From Candidatus Altiarchaeota archaeon (lineage in GTDB: Archaea; Altiarchaeota; Altiarchaeia; IMC4; SCGC-AAA252-I15): DNA of 64,000 bases. The stretch is from NCBI GenBank assembly GCA_043800255.1, contig JAZDNF010000008.1:32001-96000 (forward strand), read 5' to 3'. Both the position numbers and the translations under genes were made by a program. The notes beneath the pieces are model-generated. The model made no database searches. It saw nothing but the letters and a program-made list of their open reading frames with translations, and had not been told where the DNA came from. Shown in pieces: positions 37,953 through 46,150 of the stretch (its first letter is position 1; every line of letters begins with the position of its first letter).

Positions 37953-39124
37953 GCGCTCATCCCATCATACAGGCTGACGTATTTTTTCGCGATATGAGAC
38001 CATGTGAAGTCCCGGACGCTTCTTTTCGCGTTATCGCCCATCCTCCTTATGCTCCCGCCGGTGGGGTCGCCCAGCAGGTATTTAATGCCCCATGCGATGC
38101 TCGACGGGTGCTGGTTTACTTTTATCCCGTTGTAGAAGTTCTTGACAATCTCCCTCGGGCCTCCGATGTCGGTCGCGACAACAGGCTTGGAGGAAGCCCA
38201 CGCCTCCAATGTTATGATCCCGAAGGGCTCGTTCCTGCTGGGTATGCACACCATATCGCATGATTTGAAGAGTTCGTGCTTCTCCTCCTCGCTGACATAT
38301 CCTAGGGTGTGCACTTTGCCGTCCACTCCCAGCCAGTGGGAGCGACCGTTTATGTGGTTTATCATGCTGTCTCCCCCTCCTGCGAAGACGAACTGGGCAT
38401 CATGTCTGAATGATAGAACATCGGGGACTGCCTCAAGCAGCAGGTCAGGGCCCTTCTGATGGCACATCCTCCCCATGAACAGCACGACAGGATCCAGAGG
38501 CCATATCCCATACCGTTCCTTCACCCTGCCGGGGTCGATTTTGCCCTCGAATTCGGACGCGTTTATGCCGTTGTAGTTGACTTCTATCTTATCCCCCGGT
38601 ATCTGGTATTCGCGCATGAGCTCGTCTTTCATAGAGTATGAGACTGTTGTGACAAGCTTGGACAGGTATCCGCCAAGCCACTCGCGGTGCCTCACCCTAC
38701 CAGAGAACCAGTTATCCTGGTAGCTGTTCCCGTTTCTCCCGAGTTCGGTTGAATGGCAGGTCCACACGAAATCATAGCCTTTGTGGTTTTTCAGGTTGGC
38801 GAGGGCGTTCACAACATGCCAGTCGTGGCCGTGGAGTACGTCGAATTTGCCGTATCCGCTTTCTACGTGATGGAAGCAGGATACCATGCTGTCGCACATG
38901 TGGTCCATGTATTCTATGAAGTCCTCGCAGCCTGGGCTCACGCACCTGTGCTCATAGTAATCGTTTATCATCTCATGCTCAGGCTGCCCGTGCCCCATCC
39001 TCGTGAACACGTGAACCTCATGCCCCTGTTTGGCTAGGGCCTGCGCTAGGTTGGATACCACCTCAGCCACACCCCCCACTGGGACAGAATGCTTAGTCTC
39101 CCAGGAGAAGAAGCCAATCCTCAC
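37949..39124 (-). CDS. GT4 glycosyltransferase (glycogen synthase-like)
   Basis: FSWE...GG, HGHDW, HSTE.GR, QKGPD, EPFGI..LEAW. Confidence 0.9.
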   Translation of the reverse strand: MRIGFFSWETKHSVPVGGVAEVVSNLAQALAKQGHEVHVFTRMGHGQPEHEMINDYYEHRCVSPGCEDFIEYMDHMCDSMVSCFHHVESGYGKFDVLHGHDWHVVNALANLKNHKGYDFVWTCHSTELGRNGNSYQDNWFSGRVRHREWLGGYLSKLVTTVSYSMKDELMREYQIPGDKIEVNYNGINASEFEGKIDPGRVKERYGIWPLDPVVLFMGRMCHQKGPDLLLEAVPDVLSFRHDAQFVFAGGGDSMINHINGRSHWLGVDGKVHTLGYVSEEEKHELFKSCDMVCIPSRNEPFGIITLEAWASSKPVVATDIGGPREIVKNFYNGIKVNQHPSSIAWGIKYLLGDPTGGSIRRMGDNAKRSVRDFTWSHIAKKYVSLYDGMSA

Positions 39125-39136
39125 GTCATCACTTCC

Positions 39137-39340
39137 TTAGTTTGTCTTCCTAACGTATGTCTTCGCCTTGCTCCTGTTGATCTCTATCTTGCCTTCGCGG
39201 GCAAGCCATCCTAACGCCATGTAGAAGATGTCATCATTCTTCTTGATCTTCTTCTTCACAGCGCCCACTTCAACGGGAGTGTCTATGCCGCAAAAATAGA
39301 TTTCGCCAGCGGCAAAGCCGACATCAGGTTTTATGTCCAT
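39137..39340 (-). CDS. Small winged-helix protein (DUF2582-like)
   Basis: VGFAAGEI ... MALGWLAREGKI; GGAGG SD. Confidence 0.85.
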   Translation of the reverse strand: MDIKPDVGFAAGEIYFCGIDTPVEVGAVKKKIKKNDDIFYMALGWLAREGKIEINRSKAKTYVRKTN

Positions 39341-39490
39341 CTACCCAACCTCCTAGAGCATGCCAGAACACGCTGACAGTGCCAATAATTTATCAAACGG
39401 AGGGCTTAAAAACCCTTCGGAATCAGACCCTACCAGGATATTTATACAATCAAACCAATATGGTAAACTCAAAAAAAACCTCAAAAAAAA

Positions 39491-39615
39491 CCCGCCTTAG
39501 CGTAGCCTGGTTTAACGCGGCCGGCTGTAGTTTGGATCAAGAGGTAGAAGCCTCTCAAAGGCCGTAAAAAATAGCAGGCACCGGCAGACCCCCGGTTCAA
39601 ATCCGGGAGGCGGGA
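39491..39615 (+). tRNA. tRNA-Tyr(GTA) with 49-nt intron at 37/38 (39531-39579)
   Basis: C1-G72 acceptor CCCGCCT/AGGCGGG, GCCGG/CCGGC stem, GGTTCAAATCC; relaxed BHB. Confidence 0.95.
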
Positions 39616-39708
39616 AAATTCTTCTTTTTGATGTATTGGCGGGGCTTTATGCCCCGCGATTCGTTATGAGGTTATAGTGCTAACTGCCTTATGCAAGAAA
39701 CCCTATGG

Positions 39709-39912
39709 TTATGTGAGTCCTCCGTTGTTTCCGCCTAGCAGTTCTAGGTACTTGGCGGAGCATTCCACGAGTTTCTGCCTGAGTAGGGGTGCTGACTGCC
39801 AGAAGATAATGCTAACAGTCACCAATGACGCTCCGACTGGACTTAACACGTTCACAAAATCAGAAATAAAAAAGATATAGTCGTCTGCCTGCCTCCGAAG
39901 TGGGTTTTTCAT
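39709..39912 (-). CDS. Small hypothetical membrane protein
   Basis: ATGA overlap with upstream AbrB-like gene; hydrophobic core. Confidence 0.4.
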   Translation of the reverse strand: MKNPLRRQADDYIFFISDFVNVLSPVGASLVTVSIIFWQSAPLLRQKLVECSAKYLELLGGNNGGLT

Positions 39913-40073
39913 TTTCTTTTTTTCCTGGATTCTCCGATTACTGTCAACTCGAGGTTACCTCTCTCGTTGAAATCCCAATCCAGCTCATCCCCCTTCGCAA
40001 GCCCGAGCCGCTTCACCTTCTCCTGCGGAATGCTCACGAAAAATCTTTTTTGGCTTTCCTGAAGCCGCACCAT
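39909..40073 (-). CDS. AbrB/MazE/SpoVT-type DNA-binding protein
   Basis: FFVSIPQEKVKRLGLAKGDELDW; start placed at MVRLQ. Confidence 0.75.
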   Translation of the reverse strand: MVRLQESQKRFFVSIPQEKVKRLGLAKGDELDWDFNERGNLELTVIGESRKKRK

Positions 40074-40278
40074 CGTGCTAACATTATACAAAATATAATA
40101 AAAGATTAATGTTTTCGTATATAAAAGCTTACTTTGGCTCAATCAGACAGCCAGAGCGAGAGGCCGGAGACGTCAAAGCCCAACCCAATCGCATAAAACG
40201 AGGATTTAATGCGGTTCTTGCTTCCGAAGAGCTGACTTTTTACGTTTATAATGGTTACTACCAGATAGGTAAGTTCAC

Positions 40279-41358
40279 ATGGACACAAATGCAGCGGCAC
40301 CCATCGTCTTGAAAGCAGACGCGCCGAGGAGGGCGTTCTGCGTGGCCATGCAGAAGGACAACAAGCCAGTGAGAGTCGAGGGCGAATCCTCTGCCGATTT
40401 CACAACCCTTCTAGAGGAGTCTGATGTAGCGTGGGTCAACTTTGTCGTAGACGACATTAACGCCGATGGAGAGGCTATCGCAACCTCTCTAGGATTCAGC
40501 CAGAATCTGGTTTCCACCCTCCTGACAGGGTTCAGGTCCAACTATGAGGACAGGGACGTCGAGCTGGGGATTATGATACCCGCAGTCGACACCGAGAGAC
40601 TAGAGGTCACCATACACCCTCTGGTAATACTGATCAAAAGAGGCCTTATTCTGACAATCCACGGGAAGAACATAAGCCGGCTGGTTAAGTTCTCAAGATA
40701 CGCGAACACCTTCATGAAGAAGATAAAACAGAACATCCCCTGGCAGGACAAGATGACCATACTCCTGTGGAGGATCATGGACGAGAACAATTCCAAGAAT
40801 TTCGACCACCTCAGGGAAATCGAAGAGCAGGCTGATGAGTTGGCGAAGGACATGATGAACCCGATGACGCCGAGAGACAAGCTCGGTCCGGACATCTACA
40901 GGATGAAACATGCCCTCATAATATACCTCGACTCCCTCTGGGCGACGCTTGACGTAATCCACACCCTAAGATACGGCGACGCTGAAGTCCTGTCAGACAA
41001 CAGTAAGATACTTGAGAGGATATCAGTACTCGCGTCTGACGTTACCAGCCAGATATCAATAAGCGAGCACATGTCAGAGGTGCTGGCATCTGGCCTGGAA
41101 GTCTTACAAACCATATACAACAACCAGCTGCAGATGCTGAACAACAGGCTAGCCTTACTGGCAACATGGCTGGCAATCATCGGCACGGCAGTCCTAGTGC
41201 CCAACACCCTGGCAACGATATTCGGAATCCCAACAATATCAGAACACCTAGACTGGCGCCTCACAATACTGATACTAATCGCCTCAACGCTGCTGTCAGC
41301 TTGGATAGCATACTGGGCCATAAGAGCAAAAGGATTAATACCCAAAAGCGTGGAATAG
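40279..41358 (+). CDS. CorA family divalent cation transporter (divergent signature)
   Basis: Long helical soluble domain, two C-terminal TMs; FGIP instead of GMN. Confidence 0.8.
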   Translation: MDTNAAAPIVLKADAPRRAFCVAMQKDNKPVRVEGESSADFTTLLEESDVAWVNFVVDDINADGEAIATSLGFSQNLVSTLLTGFRSNYEDRDVELGIMIPAVDTERLEVTIHPLVILIKRGLILTIHGKNISRLVKFSRYANTFMKKIKQNIPWQDKMTILLWRIMDENNSKNFDHLREIEEQADELAKDMMNPMTPRDKLGPDIYRMKHALIIYLDSLWATLDVIHTLRYGDAEVLSDNSKILERISVLASDVTSQISISEHMSEVLASGLEVLQTIYNNQLQMLNNRLALLATWLAIIGTAVLVPNTLATIFGIPTISEHLDWRLTILILIASTLLSAWIAYWAIRAKGLIPKSVE

Positions 41359-41426
41359 ATCCTTTCACCAGTAACCGCCCGCCAACCCCCATTTTTATTC
41401 CCCAAAGTTTAATATTAACCTTCGCT

Positions 41427-41470
41427 GCCCCGGTAGTGTCAGCAGCCTTTTAAGAAAAGGCTGGCGAAAA
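41427..41470 (+). repeat. 13-nt copy of tRNA-Asp 5' end fused to CAGCCTTTT..AAAAGGCTG hairpin element
   Basis: GCCCCGGTAGTGT at 41427-41439 equals 41491-41503; element at 41443-41470. Confidence 0.8.
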
Positions 41471-41490
41471 GAGGATAGAACACTAAAATT

Positions 41491-41616
41491 GCCCCGGTAG
41501 TGTAGCGGACTATCATGTAAGCCTGTCGCAACCCTTTTCCGCCTACGGCGCAAAAGCGTTGACGGAAAAAAGATTGCAGTCAGCTTACGACTCGGGTTCG
41601 AATCCCGACCGGGGCG
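41491..41616 (+). tRNA. tRNA-Asp(GTC) with 53-nt intron at 37/38 (41529-41581)
   Basis: GCCCCGG/CCGGGGC acceptor, TAAGC/GCTTA stem, GGTTCGAATCC, BHB (CTGT/GCAG). Confidence 0.95.
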
Positions 41617-41911
41617 TCCAACCCGTAGACCCAATTTAGGGGCCAACAGAGCCCTGCTCTGTATATTTTTCTAGATTCTTCTTATCATAATTGATGGAAT
41701 TACGCGAGTTAGAATATCTATTTAATTCATATGGGAAGAATGAGACCCCAACTATAGCCTATCGGCTGGGGGAGTATTTCTATGACCATCCTGAGCGTTT
41801 TAAATATCTCCAGATAGCAATCGCTGGCCAGATAATGTTTTTGTATCGGATAACCCAGAAACCCGTATATCCGATACATTAGATATAAACCTGTAAGAAC
41901 TAACTAAAGCC

Positions 41912-42325
41912 CTATCTGAACACGTAAAAAATAGCCACTACCAGCAATTCAAGTACGATTACGCTCCATCTCAAAGCTCCTTTTTTACTATACGTTTTGA
42001 GATAATACACATAAATGAGAAGTAAAAACTGCGATATCAATGGAATGAAAAATCGCTTGTACGTAAAGAGAATGTTCTGGATTATTAACTGCAATACATA
42101 ACCAGCAACAAGCATAGCAAATATATTTAAAAGGAAATATTTGAAACCCTTGTTCAGAGTTTCAAAAGTATTTTTGAACCCTTTTACCCAACCTTTTCCT
42201 CCTGAAAAAAGTAGTCCATCGAAATAAAGAACTATTCCCCCGGCCAATAGGATAGACAAATATGGGATTAATGGATCTATGATGTTGTTAGTATAGTCGA
42301 TAATTTCTACTATCATATTTACCAC
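41912..42325 (-). CDS. AT-rich hypothetical membrane protein
   Basis: About four TM helices; within AT-rich segment after tRNA-Asp. Confidence 0.6.
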   Translation of the reverse strand: MVNMIVEIIDYTNNIIDPLIPYLSILLAGGIVLYFDGLLFSGGKGWVKGFKNTFETLNKGFKYFLLNIFAMLVAGYVLQLIIQNILFTYKRFFIPLISQFLLLIYVYYLKTYSKKGALRWSVIVLELLVVAIFYVFR

Positions 42326-42575
42326 TTGATAACACCATGGAATCTATACTTTTAAACATCTTTTGCCCGTATCTGGACGTACCCTCTCTAGATCTACAAG
42401 GTTCTTATTCTCCAACATTTAAAACCTCTTTTTAAGCGGGAAACACATAGATAGCCGTCAGTGGCAAAATGCTACTGGCATGTAAATAACGTTGCGGATT
42501 TGTAAGCGCTTGATCGGGGCGTCTGGCATTTTCAGCATTATGATGGCTTTTTTAGCCTGTTTTAGGCGGGTTCAT

Positions 42576-42596
42576 TGGGCCGGCAGGGATTTGAAC
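42576..42596 (-). pseudogene. Orphan tRNA 3' fragment (att-like)
   Basis: GTTCAAATCCCTGCCGGCCCA = T-loop, 3' T-stem, acceptor strand and discriminator; no 5' half; matches no tRNA in the window. Confidence 0.65.
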
Positions 42597-42612
42597 ACTT
42601 GGTATGGTTTCA

Positions 42613-42963
42613 CTATTCTTGTTTTTCCAGTTCTTTCAGGAGTTGCTTTAGGGGTGTTTTTATCTCCGGTAGTTTTTCTTGGATTGTTTTCCATATGACA
42701 TCGTAGTCGACTCCGAAGTAGCCGTGGATGATTTTGTCCCTCGTCTTGGCCATGTCGCTCCAGGGGATGGCTTTGTTTTTCTGCCTTATGTCGGATGGGA
42801 CGTTCTTCGCCGCCTCGCCGATTATTTCGAGTTTTCTCACGACGGCGCTGGACGTCTTGTCGTCATCTTGGAACTGGGTTAGGCTCATACCGCCTGTGAA
42901 CGTTTGTATCTGAGCTATGGCTTCCAGGATGTCTTTTATCAGCAAGCTGTGTTTACGTTTCAT
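42613..42963 (-). CDS. hepT: HEPN (DUF86) ribonuclease toxin
   Basis: AVVRKLEIIGEA, IPW, RDKIIHGY (RX4HXY). Confidence 0.93.
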   Translation of the reverse strand: MKRKHSLLIKDILEAIAQIQTFTGGMSLTQFQDDDKTSSAVVRKLEIIGEAAKNVPSDIRQKNKAIPWSDMAKTRDKIIHGYFGVDYDVIWKTIQEKLPEIKTPLKQLLKELEKQE

Positions 42964-43253
42964 ATCATCACTGCCTCGGACAGGATGTTCCTTCGAAGCT
43001 CCGGCCTAATGGCCCCCTTTCTCACCACGTCTACTTTCCTGCCCAATGACCTTCGCAGGCTACCTTCAAGTCTTACCAGTTCGAAAAGATCTGGTGTTGA
43101 TGTGAAGTCGACGAGTATGTCGATGTCGCTGCTTTTCTTCTGCTCCCCGCGCACAAACGACCCGAAGACTCCAATCTCGCGAACACCATACTCCGTATGC
43201 AACTTCGCCTTCCTCTTCTGGAGTATCCGTTTAATGTCGCTTAATTTTTTCAT
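42960..43253 (-). CDS. mntA: Minimal nucleotidyltransferase antitoxin
   Basis: FGSFVRGEQ...SDIDILVD (GSX10DXD); ATGA overlap with HEPN gene. Confidence 0.93.
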   Translation of the reverse strand: MKKLSDIKRILQKRKAKLHTEYGVREIGVFGSFVRGEQKKSSDIDILVDFTSTPDLFELVRLEGSLRRSLGRKVDVVRKGAIRPELRRNILSEAVMI

Positions 43254-43408
43254 CTCCTATACCCAAGATAATTCTCATCTGGCATCCCAGTAGGAACGCC
43301 AGAGCGCATGTTGTACAGATAAGAATGGTGTGCTTTTCCCTAAAATACTCCGATAGCCCCGCTCTAATTGGATAAATGTGGGCTGAGCCAACAAGGCCTG
43401 AATCTAGC

Positions 43409-43807
43409 CTACCTGCTGGTTTTCATGCTCAGGAGGACAACCAAGGTAACGACGACGCCGTATCCTATGAGCACGTTGACGTAACCCACCTGCCTGCCGA
43501 GGAACAGTAGAACCCCTACGATTAGGGAAAGCAACCCAGTCGTCAGAAACACCATCTCGATGATCGATCGGATGAGAGACCTCTTGACGGCGTAGGCAGC
43601 CTCGATGGCGTTCTCCTTCAGCTCCTCGGCTCGGGCTTCAGTCTCCTCCCTGAAGTCGTCAATCCTCTTCTCGATCTGGTAGACGTGGTCCAGGTAGGAG
43701 ACGAACAGGCGTGCGATGCCGTCAACCACGCCAGCGCCCCTCTCGATGCCATGCGACAGCAGCCCCTCAACAGGTGACCTGTCCTTTTTCGACTTTCTGA
43801 ATCCCAT
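43409..43807 (-). CDS. Hypothetical membrane protein (coiled coil + 2 TM)
   Basis: ORF 3 nt downstream of Lys-rich gene; two C-terminal TMs. Confidence 0.65.
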   Translation of the reverse strand: MGFRKSKKDRSPVEGLLSHGIERGAGVVDGIARLFVSYLDHVYQIEKRIDDFREETEARAEELKENAIEAAYAVKRSLIRSIIEMVFLTTGLLSLIVGVLLFLGRQVGYVNVLIGYGVVVTLVVLLSMKTSR

Positions 43808-43810
43808 AAT

Positions 43811-44176
43811 CTACTTCCTCAGCTTCCTGACCAGCAACGCGGCTGAGATGGCCGCTATAGTCACCCCAACAGCTGCTGCAGCTGCTGCGGCCGCGGTCTT
43901 GGTCGGATGCTTCCTGACTGTTGTGACAATCCTCTGCTCGGCCTTAGAGATGTCAGCCTTTATCTTCTTCTCGTATTTTTTCTTCTCCCGGTTCCAGTCC
44001 TTGCCGGCTGCACTGACCTTCTTCTTGTACTCTGCCCTCAGCTTATTCTCGAGAACGCTCATATCCTTCCTGACCTTGGACTCGTATTTTTTCAAATCCT
44101 TCTTGGCTATTGCCTGGACCTTTTTGACATTTGCCCTGATCTTCCTCTTCGTAGAACTTTTCACCTTGAAAATCAC
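43811..44176 (-). CDS. Lys-rich tail-anchored protein, ElaB/YqjD-like C-terminus
   Basis: VRKHP followed by Ala-rich TM and basic tail. Confidence 0.6.
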   Translation of the reverse strand: MIFKVKSSTKRKIRANVKKVQAIAKKDLKKYESKVRKDMSVLENKLRAEYKKKVSAAGKDWNREKKKYEKKIKADISKAEQRIVTTVRKHPTKTAAAAAAAAVGVTIAAISAALLVRKLRK

Positions 44177-44227
44177 CTCATTATAGTTAAATGTTACAGT
44201 ATTAAATTATTAAAATAAAAGCAGCTG

Positions 44228-44959
44228 ATGATGATGGAACACTGGAAAGCCTTCAAAAAGCCGTTCGACGACGTCTACAAATTGGCTGTTGGAGTGGCGT
44301 TAAGCAGCATACCGATAGTAAGATGGGTCTCGAAAGGCTACATGCTCGAGAACTCAGGGATCGGGGCAGAAAAGCCTTCAGATGAGATGCCGGGATGGGA
44401 GGACTGGCGGACTCTATGGGTGAAAGGATTCCACGCCGCCCTCATAATGATAGCCTACAATCTGCCTGCGATAATAGTCGGCATCGTGGGAGTGAGCATC
44501 GCATCTGCCGGCCTGATTAGCGCATACTCTGCCATACTGACGCCCGACATCATGGAAGAGATGCGAAGCGGGATGCTGGACTTGAAGACCATAACGGAGC
44601 TGACAGTCTCGAATGCTGAGGCCATTATGCCCCACCTTTACAGGCTGATGCCGGCGGTCGCCATAGCTCTGCTCCTGAAGATAATGGCAAGCATACTGAC
44701 GCCGATAGCAACCCTCCAATACCTTGAGAGGGGGAGGATGTCAGACGCCTTCAAATTCAAGAGAATTCTGAGAGTGGTCGCCAGCCTAGACTATGTCATA
44801 GCATGGTTCACCGTGCAAGCCTATACGATGGTGGCAGGCATCATGTTCGCCATGATCCCGCTGGCAGGATACGGGACAGCATACTTTATAACAGGAATAT
44901 ACGCTTACACAGTATATGGCCAAGTATACCGGAATCAGTCCTCGGATACTGTGATGTAG
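44228..44959 (+). CDS. DUF4013 family membrane protein
   Basis: GY...MPGWEDW..LWVKG, AFKF. Confidence 0.8.
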   Translation: MMMEHWKAFKKPFDDVYKLAVGVALSSIPIVRWVSKGYMLENSGIGAEKPSDEMPGWEDWRTLWVKGFHAALIMIAYNLPAIIVGIVGVSIASAGLISAYSAILTPDIMEEMRSGMLDLKTITELTVSNAEAIMPHLYRLMPAVAIALLLKIMASILTPIATLQYLERGRMSDAFKFKRILRVVASLDYVIAWFTVQAYTMVAGIMFAMIPLAGYGTAYFITGIYAYTVYGQVYRNQSSDTVM

Positions 44960-45399
44960 ACTACGTCCTTAGCGCCTTCGTTGTAATTCTCAGGCTTCGC
45001 TGTCACATCCACACGATACTTGCCTGGAAGAGAGCCTGTCAGAGCGCGGACGTCGAATTTGACCTTCCTCGACTCCTCAGGACCAATCAGGACGTCACTC
45101 TCGAATGCGTATTTTGTCCCGGACTTGACGAAGACGAAGCTCTCATCGTGGGTCTGCGCTTCGATGCTTATTCGCGCATCCTCGTTCTCGTCCAGGTTTT
45201 TGACCTCAATCTCTATGGTGGAGCGTTCACCGATTTTCACCTTCCCAGGGTCGGCGCTGGCGGTTACGCCGATGTTGCCCTGCACAGAGTACCTTGAAGG
45301 CAGATTCAGCAGGATTAGGGCGACTATGATGATAACCACAAGAAGGGCTAGGACAGAGGTCCAGCGCACCTTCGAAAACAGCCTCTTAAGGTCTTCCAT
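44935..45399 (-). CDS. Membrane-anchored Ig-like hypothetical protein
   Basis: N-terminal TM, beta-rich domain with PGKY. Confidence 0.65.
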   Translation of the reverse strand: MEDLKRLFSKVRWTSVLALLVVIIIVALILLNLPSRYSVQGNIGVTASADPGKVKIGERSTIEIEVKNLDENEDARISIEAQTHDESFVFVKSGTKYAFESDVLIGPEESRKVKFDVRALTGSLPGKYRVDVTAKPENYNEGAKDVVYITVSED

Positions 45400-45460
45400 G
45401 TCCTATTAGATTAGTATTTCGCGTATAAAAATTATTAACCAACCAATCACAGTAGATGAC

Positions 45461-46150
45461 ATGATAGGAGTTCTGGGTGGGACTGGACTGGCTGACGGGT
45501 TCCTGAGAGAGTACAGGAAGACGAGGATAAAGACGCCCTACGGGACAGTGACCGTATTGAGAGGCGACGACATACTCCTGGTGCAACGCCATGGCGCGGA
45601 CAGGAAGACGCCGCCTCACATGATAAACCACAAGGCGAACGCATACGCCCTCAAAAAAGCAGGCATCTCGACTGTTGTCGGCGTGAACTCCTCAGGGTCA
45701 TTGAAGAGGAACATCAAACCAGGATACTTCGTAGTGCCCCACGACTACATCAACTTCTACAACGTGCAGACATACTATGACAGGACGATAAAGCACATAA
45801 CGCCCGGCCTGAGCGAAGATATCAGGGAGAGGATAATAAAGGCCGCACGAAAGGAGAAGGTCAAATTGGTAGAGAGGGGAGTCTACTTCCAGACGAGGGG
45901 GCCGAGGCTCGAAACCAAGGCGGAAATCAGAATGATAAAAGATTACGCTGACATAATTGGGATGACCATGGGCACCGAGGCGACGCTGTGCAAGGAGCTG
46001 GGGCTGGAGTATGCGTCACTGTGCACTGTGGATAATTACGCTAACGGGATTGCTGACGAGAGGATAGACTTCGAGGAAATCTTCAAGAAGTCGAGGAAAA
46101 AATCCGAGAAAGTGAAGAGGGTATTGTACACCATCGCAGGGGAGCTTTGA
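45461..46150 (+). CDS. MTAP-family purine nucleoside phosphorylase (probably MTI-specific)
   Basis: GVLGGTG, TPYG, RHG, GPRLETKAE, GMT, VDNYA. Confidence 0.9.
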   Translation: MIGVLGGTGLADGFLREYRKTRIKTPYGTVTVLRGDDILLVQRHGADRKTPPHMINHKANAYALKKAGISTVVGVNSSGSLKRNIKPGYFVVPHDYINFYNVQTYYDRTIKHITPGLSEDIRERIIKAARKEKVKLVERGVYFQTRGPRLETKAEIRMIKDYADIIGMTMGTEATLCKELGLEYASLCTVDNYANGIADERIDFEEIFKKSRKKSEKVKRVLYTIAGEL

